This document shows positions 1-10,335 of a stretch of 64,000 nt of DNA, one piece after another. Origin of the DNA: Pseudomonadales bacterium (GTDB taxonomy: Bacteria; Patescibacteriota; Microgenomatia; UBA1400; PJMF01); the NCBI GenBank assembly GCA_020632235.1, contig JACKFY010000001.1, positions 29,602 to 93,601 of the forward strand, in the 5' to 3' direction. The notes beneath the pieces were generated by a model. That model saw only the letters and a program-made list of their open reading frames with translations, ran no database searches and was not told where the DNA came from. The first letter of the stretch is position 1. Every line of letters begins with the position of its first letter. A program made the position numbers and the translations under genes.

Positions 1-806
1 CCTCTGGTAGAGTCAAAGCATTAGTCTCTGATACAGGTGCGCGTACTGAGCAGGTGCTACCTGGATTCCCCACAGAGATTATTGGGTTTGCTGATGTGCC
101 AGAAGTGGGTAGTATCGTTCGTGACACAGACAAAGAGTATGTGCAGGAAGAAGAAGAGGTGAAGGCAGAAGTGGAGCAAGATATAACTGCTGGATGGGAT
201 TTTAGCGCAGTGCTCGATGAAACACCCAAGATGAACCTGATTCTTCGTGCTGATGTGCATGGCACGCTCGAGGCTATTATGGCAACCCTGGATGATGAAA
301 GTACCACCTTGATTGCCTCTGGTGTGGGCGAGGTAACTGAAAAAGATATAGAGCTGGCGGCAGCGAGCAACTCGGTGGTGCTCGCGTTTCATGTGCCTGT
401 TTCCAGCAAGATCAAGCGTCTGGCCAAAGACGCAGGGGTAAAGATCAGAGCCTATGACATCATCTATAAATTGATTGAAGACCTGCAAAAACAGATGATG
501 AAGTTGCTAGAGCCTACTATTGATGAAGTGGTAATCGGCGAGGCAGAAGTCTTGCAGGTGTTTGAGATGAAAGGTGAGCGCATTGCTGGCGTGCGGGTAA
601 AAACGGGCGTGCTCAAGAAAAACGACAGGTTTCACTTGAAGCGTGATGATGACATTATCGCCAACCCAGTGGTCAAGACAATGATGCACGGCAAGCAAGA
701 AATACCAGAGATCAACGCTAAAAACGAGGGCGGGCTTACTTTTAAAAACAAAAAACTTGATTTCCAGGTGGGCGACACCATCGTGGCGTACACGGTGGAA
801 GAGTGA
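1..806 (+). CDS. infB: translation initiation factor IF-2, C-terminal part (5' end outside window)
   Basis: Frame is open from base 1. The translation matches the IF-2 C-terminal domains (GEAEVLQVF...GDTIVAYTVEE). Confidence 0.85.
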   Translation, partial: SGRVKALVSDTGARTEQVLPGFPTEIIGFADVPEVGSIVRDTDKEYVQEEEEVKAEVEQDITAGWDFSAVLDETPKMNLILRADVHGTLEAIMATLDDESTTLIASGVGEVTEKDIELAAASNSVVLAFHVPVSSKIKRLAKDAGVKIRAYDIIYKLIEDLQKQMMKLLEPTIDEVVIGEAEVLQVFEMKGERIAGVRVKTGVLKKNDRFHLKRDDDIIANPVVKTMMHGKQEIPEINAKNEGGLTFKNKKLDFQVGDTIVAYTVEE

Positions 807-823
807 GGCTGATGTTTACCATT

Positions 824-860
824 CCCCCGACTAAAGTCGGGGGAAAAGGGTTTTCCTTTG
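824..860 (+). terminator. hairpin cccccgactaaagtcggggg followed by a T-rich stretch, downstream of infB
   Basis: 10-bp perfect inverted repeat at 824-843, then aaaagggttttcc. Confidence 0.45.
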
Positions 861-977
861 TCATTTTGATCCGCCAGCTGGCGGAGAGAAATCTCATCCG
901 AGCACTCCTGCCCGCAATGTTTGCGACATAGTCGTTGCAGGCGGGCAACTCTAGCGATAGTGTGATAGATGGGTGTT

Positions 978-1652
978 TCAGAGCCTGCTTGCTGTCGCCA
1001 CAACCCCCGCACTGATTTCTGCAAATTGAGGATACTTAGCCCTCACCTCTGATATTTGGGAAATAGGGTCGAGAGTCAAAGTCTGCATAGCAATGCCATT
1101 TGCGATCATTCCCGTTGTTCCCCTCGCATTGACTGACACTTCTACATCGTTGACGTTGTCAGCTAATGGTTCTTCAAACATAATAGTATGCTCAAAAATA
1201 AATGCAGTATGTGCTGTCGGGTGGTGCAGAGTGTGCAGTTCTTTCGAATTACCTTGTTTTACATCTTTCCAAGTAAGAGTCACGCTTTCTGTTTCTGTGT
1301 TAGTAGACGGTGTTTCTACATCTGCCGCAAAGCAAATAGTAATTTGACGCCTATCCTCACTAATAAAGGCTTGCATCCAATGCAGTTTATTTTCTGGGAT
1401 GTAGGGAGTTTGTTCTGCTTGTATTATGCGCAGTCCTTCAACTAAACTATTGACATTGGCAGTGGCGGTAGTAGGCGCCTCCTGCGCAACAAAAGCCGCT
1501 TGAAGGGCAGTAGCTACAATTTCTTGTTTAGCTTTTGGCAGAGCACCCCAAGCATTAGTGAGTTGATCTAGACCAGGTTGGTTACCCAAGGCGTCTGCAA
1601 TTACTTGTGCTAGTTCACTCATAACACATTCTATTATATCAAAAACTATCAT
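978..1652 (-). CDS. hypothetical protein
   Basis: 224-aa ORF with no recognisable motif. It sits where rbfA would normally follow infB. Confidence 0.45.
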   Translation of the reverse strand: MIVFDIIECVMSELAQVIADALGNQPGLDQLTNAWGALPKAKQEIVATALQAAFVAQEAPTTATANVNSLVEGLRIIQAEQTPYIPENKLHWMQAFISEDRRQITICFAADVETPSTNTETESVTLTWKDVKQGNSKELHTLHHPTAHTAFIFEHTIMFEEPLADNVNDVEVSVNARGTTGMIANGIAMQTLTLDPISQISEVRAKYPQFAEISAGVVATASRL

Positions 1653-1735
1653 GATATACTACTAGCTAGTATAAAAACAGGTTACTTTCCCGCATGGGTT
1701 GAAAAACTCGGCGGCGAAGGGAGAAAAGGATACCT

Positions 1736-2005
1736 ATGGCGCTATCAAAGCCACAAAAAACACAAATAATCGCAGAGTATCAGCTGTTTGAAGGGGATAC
1801 TGGCTCACCAGAGGTGCAGATTGCACTACTTACCGCTAGCATCCAAGAGCTGACCGACCACTTGAACAAGCACAAAAAAGACGACCACTCACGCCGAGGC
1901 CTGCTCAAACAGGTGGCAAAGCGTCGCAGACTCCTCAACTTCCTGCTTGACCGCAGTGAAGAGCGCTACCGCACGCTACTTGATAAACTGGGGTTGAGTA
2001 AGTAG
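1736..2005 (+). CDS. rpsO: 30S ribosomal protein S15
   Basis: 89 aa ([16 protein letters not shown]...[14 protein letters not shown]...LLDKLGL). Conserved rpsO-pnp synteny. Confidence 0.92.
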   Translation: MALSKPQKTQIIAEYQLFEGDTGSPEVQIALLTASIQELTDHLNKHKKDDHSRRGLLKQVAKRRRLLNFLLDRSEERYRTLLDKLGLSK

Positions 2006-2041
2006 AAACCCATCTCTCTTGCTAACGCTAGAGTTCCCCGT

Positions 2042-2075
2042 CCCCCGATGTTTCATCGGGGGGTTCCCTTTCGAA
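2042..2075 (+). terminator. rpsO terminator / pnp leader hairpin
   Basis: cccccgatg-ttt-catcggggg hairpin followed by a T-rich tail, in the rpsO-pnp intergenic region. This is the classic RNase III/terminator site in other bacteria. Confidence 0.5.
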
Positions 2076-2226
2076 AAGAATTGCGTTAGTGTATACTACA
2101 TCTATTAGTACTTAAAAGAACGGTGCTTCTTCTAAGTTTTATAGATTATTTTGTTTCTTTGCAGACGAAGTAAGGTATAAGATTTAGAGTGTGGGCTCCG
2201 TTCTAAAAAAAAAGAAAAGGAGCCGT

Positions 2227-4506
2227 ATGGCATATCCAACCTACCCCAATACGTATACAACTACCATCCCTGTGGGCGACAAAACAGTCGAGATAGAGAT
2301 AGGCCGGTACTCAGAGCAGGTCTCGGCGGCTGTCATGGCCAAGTGTGGTGAGACAATTGTCCACACCACCGTTGCGCTGGGCAGAGATGTCAACCTGGGC
2401 TACTTTCCTCTCTCGGTAGATTTTGCCGAAAAGCTGTATGCTGCTGGTACCATCAAGGGTTCACGTTGGGTCAAGCGTGATGGGCGGCCCAGTGATGACT
2501 CTATTCTCTCGGCTCGCGTCATTGATCGCTCGCTGCGCCCGCTTTTCCCCGACTACATGACGAGAGAGGTGCAGATCATCTCAACGGTCTTTTCGTACGA
2601 TGATGAGAATGATCCAGATATGCTCGCGCTGCTTTCAGCAGCGATTGGAGTAAGTATCTCTGATATTCCGTTTGACGGGCCGATGGCGGGCTTGCGTATT
2701 GGCTACAGCAAAGACACCCAACAGTTTGTGTGTAACCCCACCAAGACCGAGCAAGAGACAAGTGATCTTGATTTGATTGTCTCTGGTAGTGGTGAGGCCA
2801 TCGTGATGGTCGAGGCAGGGGCAAACGAAATACCCGAAGACGTGATGCTTGAAGGCCTGGTGCAGGCACAGTCTCAACTGGGTACAATGTGTGATCATAT
2901 CAAAGAAATTGTGACGGAAGTGGGTAAAGAAAAACTTGACTTAACCCCTACAGTTGACGAGGAAAAACAAGCCAGTGAAGAAGCGCTGACCGCTCAAATT
3001 GGCAAAGAGTACGCGAGTGAGCTGAAAGAAGTTATTCTCAAGCGAGGTAAGCTAGAGCCTACGGGTGAGGCCGAGCTGATAGAGACCATTGTTGCAGACT
3101 TGAATGAAGGTAAAGAGCCTGAAGCTCAAGTGAGCGATAAGGTTGTTTCAAGTATTGTCTATGCGCTGACCAAGAAAATTGGTCGCCAGATGATTATTAC
3201 CGACAAAGAACGACCTGACGGTAGGGCAACTGACGAAGTGCGACAGATTTGGTGCGAAGTTGATGTTTTCCCTCGCACGCACGGCTCGGCTATGTTTAAG
3301 CGCGGGGCAACGCAAGCACTCACGATTGTGACGCTGGGTGAGCCTTCACTGGGCCAACACCTTGAGAGTATCGAGGGTGAAGAGGTAAAGCACTACATGC
3401 ATCACTACAACATGCCTCCGTACGCCTCTGGCGAGGCTGGTCGGTTTGGGTATCCAAAACGACGTGAGATTGGACACGGAGCACTGGCCGAGCGCGCGCT
3501 CCTTCCTATGATTCCCTCTCAAGAAGACTTTCCGTACGCGATTCACGTGGTGACCGAGATCATGAGCTCAAACGGCTCGACATCTCAGGCATCTGTCTGT
3601 GGCTCGACGCTTGCCTTGATGGCGGCCGGTGTGCCTATCAAACGCCCGGTGGCTGGCATCGCGATGGGGTTGATGAGTGATGGCACAGAGTACGTGATAC
3701 TTTCTGATATTCAAGGCCTGGAAGACCACATCGGTGATATGGACTTTAAGGTAGCTGGTACCAGCGAAGGTATCACTGCCATTCAGATGGATATAAAGCT
3801 GAAAGGAATTCCTCGAGATGTGCTAGAAAGAGCTTTAATCCAGGCAAAAGAAGGCCGCATGCACATCATGAGCAAGATGCTGGAGTGTCTTGACAGTCCC
3901 CGAGCAGAGCTTTCCGAGTACGCGCCAAAAATAGAGCAACTCACCATCCCCGCAGATCGGATTGGCGAGCTGATTGGTCCTGGTGGTAAGATGATCAAGA
4001 GCATCATCGAGCAAACAGGTGCTGATATAAATGTTGATGAGGATGAAGAGCAAAAACTAGGCATCGTCAATGTTTCGTCTCCTGACCAAGCAAAGATAGA
4101 CGCGGCTGTTGAATACATCTCAAACATGATGCGCGTAGTAGAGGAGGGTGAAGAGTTTGATGGCGCGGTCACCCGTGTGGAAGACTACGGCGCGTTCGTC
4201 GAGTTTCTACCAGGCAAAGAAGGCTTGGTGCATGTCTCGGCTATGTCAACAGAGTTTTTAAAGAGTGCTCATGACAAAGTCAAGCTTGGTGACGAAGTGC
4301 ATGTGCGTGTCTCTGAAATAAAAGAAGACGGAAAAATAGGCTTGAGCATGCTTTCGGCTGAAGAGCACGAGCAGGCACGATCTCAAGCCCGCACCAACCG
4401 CGGTGGTCGACCAGCCTTTCGAGGTGGTCGAGGCGGCGGCAGAAATGGTGGAGGAGATCGCGATCGTGGTCGCGGCAGAGGAGGCGAGCGCCATCAGAGG
4501 CGCTAG
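2227..4506 (+). CDS. pnp: polyribonucleotide nucleotidyltransferase (PNPase) with an Arg/Gly-rich C-terminal tail
   Basis: Two RNase PH domains, KH and S1 regions (GEAGRFGYPKRREIGHG; DIQGLEDHIGDMDFKVAGT). Shine-Dalgarno aaaggag lies before the ATG at 2227. The tail is RGGRGGGRNGGGDRDRGRGRGG. Confidence 0.92.
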   Translation: MAYPTYPNTYTTTIPVGDKTVEIEIGRYSEQVSAAVMAKCGETIVHTTVALGRDVNLGYFPLSVDFAEKLYAAGTIKGSRWVKRDGRPSDDSILSARVIDRSLRPLFPDYMTREVQIISTVFSYDDENDPDMLALLSAAIGVSISDIPFDGPMAGLRIGYSKDTQQFVCNPTKTEQETSDLDLIVSGSGEAIVMVEAGANEIPEDVMLEGLVQAQSQLGTMCDHIKEIVTEVGKEKLDLTPTVDEEKQASEEALTAQIGKEYASELKEVILKRGKLEPTGEAELIETIVADLNEGKEPEAQVSDKVVSSIVYALTKKIGRQMIITDKERPDGRATDEVRQIWCEVDVFPRTHGSAMFKRGATQALTIVTLGEPSLGQHLESIEGEEVKHYMHHYNMPPYASGEAGRFGYPKRREIGHGALAERALLPMIPSQEDFPYAIHVVTEIMSSNGSTSQASVCGSTLALMAAGVPIKRPVAGIAMGLMSDGTEYVILSDIQGLEDHIGDMDFKVAGTSEGITAIQMDIKLKGIPRDVLERALIQAKEGRMHIMSKMLECLDSPRAELSEYAPKIEQLTIPADRIGELIGPGGKMIKSIIEQTGADINVDEDEEQKLGIVNVSSPDQAKIDAAVEYISNMMRVVEEGEEFDGAVTRVEDYGAFVEFLPGKEGLVHVSAMSTEFLKSAHDKVKLGDEVHVRVSEIKEDGKIGLSMLSAEEHEQARSQARTNRGGRPAFRGGRGGGRNGGGDRDRGRGRGGERHQRR

Positions 4507-4543
4507 TTGAGTGCTAGAGGAGAGTTCTCTATACTAAGCGTCT

Positions 4544-5404
4544 ATGCAACTTGTCCCTGCCTGTGCCTATGACTCTGGTGCCGTGGTGCTGTTTGACTTT
4601 GAATCATTTTCTAGCTGGGCAAACGTGTGCTCCCTTGACCTCACACAGTCAGAAGCTGCTGGGCAGTTGACCAAGACATATCAAGAGCTACTTGCTATTG
4701 TTGCTCCAGAGGTTTCTGGGGTTATTTTGAGTCCTCAGTTTGGGTTTGACCTTCTCTATAGCAAACCCGATCCTTGTGGGGTTGTGTTTGGTCTGGATCA
4801 AGTACCACCTTCGCCCACAAAAACGACAGTACCACTTCTCAGTACCCAGTGGACGCAAGAGCACATTCGCCATAACTACGGTGTTTCGAAACTTCGCTTG
4901 GAGTATGATCCATCGGCACATGACGCATACGACAAACAGCAGATGATACTAGAACTGTATGAGTACGCTCAGTACATCGGCATTCATTTTCTTATCGATC
5001 TATCCACTCCCCAGCTGGAAGATGCAGAGTCACCATTGGTGGAAGCACTCAAGCATATTCGTCAGTCATGTCACGGAGTGATGGTGAATAGCCTTGACTC
5101 AGCCCTTACTGCTGCGACGGTAACCGCCCAGCTTGACAACCTTTGGTTAGCGCGTCTTCCTCAGTCGGAGTATCAACAGCAAAAAGAGTACGTGCGGATG
5201 GTGATGGAAAATGGTGCTACTGGCATTGTGATTGGTCCACACAGTTTTGATGCAGGACTTCTTACTCTTGAGGCACCTTCAAATGAAACTCTTGACCCAC
5301 ATGCAGTTTTGAATAATAAAACAAGCGAACACATTCGCGACAGAGTGTTAGAGCTTACTCGTCTTGTTCAGGAGGGGTTTCTCCAGACATCACCAGCCCG
5401 TTGA
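4544..5404 (+). CDS. hypothetical protein
   Basis: 286-aa ORF with no confident family assignment. Confidence 0.45.
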   Translation: MQLVPACAYDSGAVVLFDFESFSSWANVCSLDLTQSEAAGQLTKTYQELLAIVAPEVSGVILSPQFGFDLLYSKPDPCGVVFGLDQVPPSPTKTTVPLLSTQWTQEHIRHNYGVSKLRLEYDPSAHDAYDKQQMILELYEYAQYIGIHFLIDLSTPQLEDAESPLVEALKHIRQSCHGVMVNSLDSALTAATVTAQLDNLWLARLPQSEYQQQKEYVRMVMENGATGIVIGPHSFDAGLLTLEAPSNETLDPHAVLNNKTSEHIRDRVLELTRLVQEGFLQTSPAR

Positions 5405-5465
5405 CGCTATTACTCTTCACATGGTAGGTTGAGCTCTACACTAAACTAACCAAGAAAGGTAGCTC

Positions 5466-6068
5466 ATGTTTACACTTCCCACACTTCCCTATGATTTTTC
5501 AGCACTTGAGCCAAGCATCGATGCCCGCACCATGGAGATCCACTACACCAAGCATCACCAGGGATATACTGATAAGCTGAACGGTGCTATCGAGGGGTCA
5601 GAGCTCGCAGATGCATCCATAGAAGAAGTTCTCTGTGTTGTTTCTCAGCACTCAGTAGCTGTACGTAACAACGCAGGCGGGTACTACAATCACACACTGT
5701 TTTGGGGGTCGATGAAGCCAGGAGAGGCGACACAGCCCACAGGAGAGCTCCTGGAAGCTCTCAGCGCCACGTTTGGCTCGGTTGACGGATTCAAGCAAGA
5801 GTTTTCAAACGCTGCCGCTACTCAGTTTGGCTCTGGATGGGCGTGGTTGGTGATGAGTGATGGACAGCTACAAGTAGTGGCCACGCCAAACCAAGACAAC
5901 CCACTCATGGACGTGGCAGATATTCGCGGCATCCCCCTTCTTGGACTTGATGTGTGGGAGCATGCCTACTACCTGCAGTATCAAAACAAACGGCCTGAGT
6001 ACATAGAAAACTGGTGGAGTGTGGTCAACTGGGATGTTGTAGCCGATAGACTTGCTGCTGCCTCTTGA
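5466..6068 (+). CDS. sodA: Fe/Mn superoxide dismutase
   Basis: [28 protein letters not shown] ... [19 protein letters not shown] are canonical Fe/Mn-SOD motifs. Confidence 0.9.
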   Translation: MFTLPTLPYDFSALEPSIDARTMEIHYTKHHQGYTDKLNGAIEGSELADASIEEVLCVVSQHSVAVRNNAGGYYNHTLFWGSMKPGEATQPTGELLEALSATFGSVDGFKQEFSNAAATQFGSGWAWLVMSDGQLQVVATPNQDNPLMDVADIRGIPLLGLDVWEHAYYLQYQNKRPEYIENWWSVVNWDVVADRLAAAS

Positions 6069-6093
6069 AGGATAGCTATTTTTCTAAGTTTTT

Positions 6094-6681
6094 ATGAAAC
6101 AAGTTATTTTTGATGTTGAGACAAAGCGCACCTTTGATGAAGTGGGTGGAGTCTTCCCCGAAAAACTAGGTATTTCCTACATTGGCGTGTGTGTCAGGGA
6201 GCATCATAACACCGATGGCGAGGTGTTTGGTTTTTTTGAAAAAGATATCCCCGATTTCCTCTCTCTGCTAGAGAGTGCTGACGTAGTGGTGGGGTTTAAC
6301 AGCGATCATTTTGATTTACCTACGTTACTTGCCTACAACAGCGATCTTAACCTTCGTGAGATGCCCAGTCTGGACCTGATGGCGCGAATTAAAGACAGCG
6401 CTGGTCATAGAATAGGGCTAGATGCAGTAGCAAAGGAAACCCTTGGTGTTGGCAAAACAGGTGATGGTCTTGATGCTATCAAGTACTACCAAACAAAAAA
6501 CTGGGACGCGCTAGCCAAGTACTGCTTGCAAGATGTGGCAGTAACACGTGACATCTATGACCATGGGGTGGGGAAGGGTCATGTGCTGTTTAAAAACAAG
6601 TGGAACCGGCTGATTACCTGCCCGGTTGACTTTAGTTTTACTCCCGTCAAGAAAGTGGGGACGCAGCGTAGCTTGTTTTGA
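6094..6681 (+). CDS. DEDDy-type 3'-5' exonuclease (RNase H-like fold)
   Basis: Exo I FDVET, Exo II GFNSDHFDLP and Exo III YCLQDV (Y-x3-D) motifs. Confidence 0.6.
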   Translation: MKQVIFDVETKRTFDEVGGVFPEKLGISYIGVCVREHHNTDGEVFGFFEKDIPDFLSLLESADVVVGFNSDHFDLPTLLAYNSDLNLREMPSLDLMARIKDSAGHRIGLDAVAKETLGVGKTGDGLDAIKYYQTKNWDALAKYCLQDVAVTRDIYDHGVGKGHVLFKNKWNRLITCPVDFSFTPVKKVGTQRSLF

Positions 6682-6690
6682 CCCTCAAAC

Positions 6691-6954
6691 CTACATCATC
6701 TTGTACATCCACCACAAGACCAAGACCATAAAGAGCACCAAGAATAACATGATGAGCATGCTGGCGTTTGGGTTATCGCGGTCGAACTGCTGCTGTTCTT
6801 TATCTAGGTATTTTTTGTTGAGCGAGCTGTTGCTTTTTTTAGCAGTACTGCGTTTTTTACTTGCGGAGGCTGTTTTTTTAGCACTCGCTGACTTTGTTGT
6901 TTTGCGAGTTGTTTTTTTTACTGTCTTTTTTTTGGTTGCAGCTTTCTTTGGCAT
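6691..6954 (-). CDS. small Lys-rich protein with a C-terminal transmembrane helix
   Basis: MPKKAATKKKTVKK... low-complexity basic N-terminus plus a hydrophobic C-terminus. The overlapping + strand ORF looks spurious. Confidence 0.35.
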   Translation of the reverse strand: MPKKAATKKKTVKKTTRKTTKSASAKKTASASKKRSTAKKSNSSLNKKYLDKEQQQFDRDNPNASMLIMLFLVLFMVLVLWWMYKMM

Positions 6955-7091
6955 AGGGCAGATACATGATAAGTAGTACTGACTTCATCATAGCATACTG
7001 TCTTTACCTGCTACAACAGCCAGTTTTCCTCTGCTTTTTATTTCATCAATAGTATGGCTATAATGGAGAGGTTTTTATACAAAACTGCCCT

Positions 7092-8786
7092 ATGAGTTTA
7101 ACTGATACACAACTGCAAAAAGTGTTGCAAGATTCCGGTCATTTGAGTGATGCTAGTTTAAAACAAGTGCGCTCACTTTCTCAGCAGCACTCTATTTCTT
7201 TTCGAAAAGCTCTGATTCAGGGTAGTGTGATTACCGATGAAGAGCTAGGCAAGATGGAGGCAAAGCTAATGAAGGTGCCGTTTGTGGTGTTGACCCAACA
7301 AGAGATCGACCCTGATGTACTCAACCTTATACCCGTTGATAGTGCCAAAAAACACAAGACGATTGTGTTTGACCGAGACAAAGAGGGCTTAAAGGTCGCT
7401 ATTGCCGACACCAAAGATGTGCAGCTGCTTAAACTACTCGCCAAGAAAACAAAAGAGAAAGTTAAGGGCTACTACGCGACAGAGCAAGATATTGAAAACA
7501 CCATCGTGCTGTACAGACAAGATATTCAGAAAAAGTTTGCCGAGCTTGTCAAGGAGGGGCTGGGAGCAGTATTTGTGAGTAACAAGATGGACCCGCCAAT
7601 AGAGAAAATTGTTGATTTACTTATTCAGTCTTCGTACGAGCAGAAGGCGTCTGATGTACACATAGAGCCAAAAGAAGAGATGACGGTGGTGCGGTTTCGC
7701 ATTGATGGCTTGTTGTATGACGCGCTGCGTGTGCCCGCGCAGCTGCACGATCGCATTATCACCAGAATCAAGGTGTTGGCAGGGCTTCGCACCGATGAGC
7801 ACATGAGTGCGCAGGACGGCAAGATTCGCACCTCGGTCAACGGTGAAGACCTCGACCTTCGTGTTTCCATCTTGCCGGTAGCTGATGGTGAGAAAGTCGT
7901 CTTTCGCCTTCTTTCTTCCAAGGCCCGCTCGTACTCGGTGCTTGAACTCGGCTTGAGCGAGCGCGATCTAAAGGTTTTACAGGCAGCATACGCCAAGCCC
8001 AACGGCATGGTGCTCTCCACTGGCCCGACGGGTTCGGGCAAGACGACCAGTATTTACTCTATCCTCAAAGAGATCACCACAAAGGAAAAAAATATCACCA
8101 CGGTGGAAGACCCCATCGAGTACTACATGGAGGGTGCCAACCAAGTGCAGGTGAACACCAAGGCCAACTTGACGTTTGCCAACGGCTTGCGATCCATCCT
8201 TCGTCAAGACCCTGACTATATTTTTGTGGGTGAAATTCGTGACAACGAGACCGCCGGCATTGCGGTCAACGCGGCATTGACTGGTCACTTGGTGGTCTCG
8301 ACTCTCCACACCAATGATGCGGCTTCGGCATTTCACCGCCTGATAGACATGGATGTAGAGCCATTTTTGGTTGCTTCAACAGTCAACGTGATTGTAGCTC
8401 AGCGTTTGGTGCGCAAAATTTGCAATGCATGCCGCACTTCTTCAACAGTTACCGAAAAAGAGTTGCTTAAAAACCTTTCTACCGACATGATCCAAAAACA
8501 TTATGTGCCCGTTGGTGATAAAAAAGAAGTACGGGTATATGAGGGAAAGGGGTGTGAGCGGTGTCACTTTTCTGGCTACGAAGGTCGTATCGGCCTCTTT
8601 GAAGTACTGGAAGTTACCAAGCGCGTTAAAGACCTGGTTATCGCGCAAGCTGTTTCAGATGAAATAATGAAAGTAGCCATAGAAGAAGGTATGACCAGCA
8701 TGCTGGACGATGGCCTAGATAAAATCACCAAAGGTTTGACCACCATAGAAGAAGTCTTGCGTGTAACCAAGATAGAGGCAGAGTAG
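7092..8786 (+). CDS. pilB: type IV pilus assembly ATPase PilB (GspE family)
   Basis: N-terminal GSPII domain, Walker A GPTGSGKTT and a tetracysteine zinc motif CNAC...CERC. Confidence 0.9.
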   Translation: MSLTDTQLQKVLQDSGHLSDASLKQVRSLSQQHSISFRKALIQGSVITDEELGKMEAKLMKVPFVVLTQQEIDPDVLNLIPVDSAKKHKTIVFDRDKEGLKVAIADTKDVQLLKLLAKKTKEKVKGYYATEQDIENTIVLYRQDIQKKFAELVKEGLGAVFVSNKMDPPIEKIVDLLIQSSYEQKASDVHIEPKEEMTVVRFRIDGLLYDALRVPAQLHDRIITRIKVLAGLRTDEHMSAQDGKIRTSVNGEDLDLRVSILPVADGEKVVFRLLSSKARSYSVLELGLSERDLKVLQAAYAKPNGMVLSTGPTGSGKTTSIYSILKEITTKEKNITTVEDPIEYYMEGANQVQVNTKANLTFANGLRSILRQDPDYIFVGEIRDNETAGIAVNAALTGHLVVSTLHTNDAASAFHRLIDMDVEPFLVASTVNVIVAQRLVRKICNACRTSSTVTEKELLKNLSTDMIQKHYVPVGDKKEVRVYEGKGCERCHFSGYEGRIGLFEVLEVTKRVKDLVIAQAVSDEIMKVAIEEGMTSMLDDGLDKITKGLTTIEEVLRVTKIEAE

Positions 8787-8788
8787 GT

Positions 8789-9847
8789 ATGGCAAAAAAG
8801 TACTCGTCAGTGCGACTGGGTGGGGAAGACAAGATAAACTTGATAAGTGGTATTGCGACGATGCTCTCGGCTGGTATTCCTATTTTAGAAACAGTCAACT
8901 CGCTACTGGACGAGGCAAAGGGTAACACCAAGATTATTCTTGAGGCGATGCGCGATGATTTGGCGGCAGGGCAGTTTATGCACGAGACGCTGGGTAAGTT
9001 TCCTAAAGTATTTGACAAGGTCACGATCAACTTGGTGCGTGCAGCCGAAGAGGCAGGTAACCTAGAGCAAACCCTAGCTGATGTGCAGGACAGCATCAGA
9101 AAGCAAATGGAGTTTAACGATAAAATCAAGTCTGCCATGATGTACCCTGTGTTTGTGATGGTGGTGTTTGTAGGGGTGCTCTTGATGATTCTGGTGGTCG
9201 TTGTGCCAAAGATTAGCCAGGTATTTTCACGTATGAACATGGAGTTACCACTGCCGACGCGCATCATGATGCAGAGCTCAAACGCGTTGGTGGGACACCC
9301 GTTTATCGTGACGGGGAGTGTGGTGGTGTTTTTTGTGGTACTTGCGTTGATTTTTAAGTATCAGCGCCACGTACTCACCCGAGTGCTGTTTGCCCTACCT
9401 ATTGTGCGGGGACTGGTTAAAAATATTGACTTGACGCGTTTTACGCGCAGTTTGTACTTGCTTCTTACCTCTGGTTTGCCCATTGTGTTTGCGCTTGAGC
9501 TCGCCAGTGAAGTGGTGGTGCGTGACGATGTGCAGAAGATGCTTCAAACTGCACAAGAAATGGTGGTTTCAGGCAAGAGTTTGAGCGAAGGGCTCAAGAC
9601 AGACAATCACATTATGCCAGGGTCACTGGTCAAGCTGATAGAAGTGGGTGAGAAAAGCGGTACGCTCGATGTATCGCTCAGAACCATTTCAGAATCACTT
9701 GACTATAAAGTCTCAAAAGACTTGGCCTCGGCAACTGCATTGCTTGAGCCTATTATGTTGGTGGGGGTGGGGGTGGCGGTGGGAGGGATGATGCTGGCGA
9801 TCATTGCGCCTATCTATGGTCTCATTGCCAATGTTGGCGTACGTTAG
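8789..9847 (+). CDS. pilC: type IV pilus platform protein PilC (GspF family)
   Basis: Polytopic GspF-like protein directly downstream of pilB, with a 2-bp gap. Confidence 0.85.
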   Translation: MAKKYSSVRLGGEDKINLISGIATMLSAGIPILETVNSLLDEAKGNTKIILEAMRDDLAAGQFMHETLGKFPKVFDKVTINLVRAAEEAGNLEQTLADVQDSIRKQMEFNDKIKSAMMYPVFVMVVFVGVLLMILVVVVPKISQVFSRMNMELPLPTRIMMQSSNALVGHPFIVTGSVVVFFVVLALIFKYQRHVLTRVLFALPIVRGLVKNIDLTRFTRSLYLLLTSGLPIVFALELASEVVVRDDVQKMLQTAQEMVVSGKSLSEGLKTDNHIMPGSLVKLIEVGEKSGTLDVSLRTISESLDYKVSKDLASATALLEPIMLVGVGVAVGGMMLAIIAPIYGLIANVGVR

Positions 9848-9905
9848 TCAACCAGTCATCTCGACTAAGGTGGAGAGAAATCTGTGTTTGGGAATCCCCT
9901 CTTAC

Positions 9906-10331
9906 TTAAGAGGCGTCAGGGGTGTTTTTCAACAAGTTGTTCACGATCTCTACTAGCTGGTCTGGCGTGATGTCAGTTTTTGCATAGACTGCTTTAGCAC
10001 CTAGTCGCTTTGCCTGTTGCAACACAGGATCGTTTACTAGGTTGGTCAGCAAAATGATTGGCCCTTTTTTTTCAATCAGTTTTTTTTCAAACAACATAGT
10101 GAGAATACCGATGCCATCAATTTGTGGCATCATGACGTCAAGGAGGATGGCATCGTGCGAGCCTTCCTCAATAGCAGCCAGCCCAGCTTTACCGTCGCTG
10201 TGTGTCTCGACGGTAAAACCCGCCGACTTTAAAACCTCTTCGTAGAGTTCTCGGATAAAGAGGTCGTCATCAATGAGTAAAAGTGAGCTCGCCATATAGG
10301 TCAGTGTACGTCTGATACTCTTTTTTTTCAA
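9906..10331 (-). CDS. stand-alone response regulator receiver (CheY-like)
   Basis: LLIDDD...DAILLDVMMPQIDG...K are the REC-domain acidic pocket and Lys. The true start may be the internal Met (MASSLLL). Confidence 0.8.
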   Translation of the reverse strand: MKKKSIRRTLTYMASSLLLIDDDLFIRELYEEVLKSAGFTVETHSDGKAGLAAIEEGSHDAILLDVMMPQIDGIGILTMLFEKKLIEKKGPIILLTNLVNDPVLQQAKRLGAKAVYAKTDITPDQLVEIVNNLLKNTPDAS

Positions 10332-10335
10332 TCAG

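Noticed and set aside
807-977. rbfA expected downstream of infB
   Set aside because: No ORF with RbfA-like sequence. The region holds only hairpins and a convergent hypothetical gene.
2576-4494. Several 60-130-aa antisense ORFs inside pnp, and similar ones inside pilB, the kinase, ftsK, rnj and sufS
   Set aside because: They are embedded in well-supported genes on the other strand with no independent signal.
6626-6976. 116-aa + strand ORF overlapping the Lys-rich minus-strand ORF
   Set aside because: Low-complexity, Cys/Leu-rich translation typical of an antisense artefact. The minus-strand ORF has a more protein-like composition.
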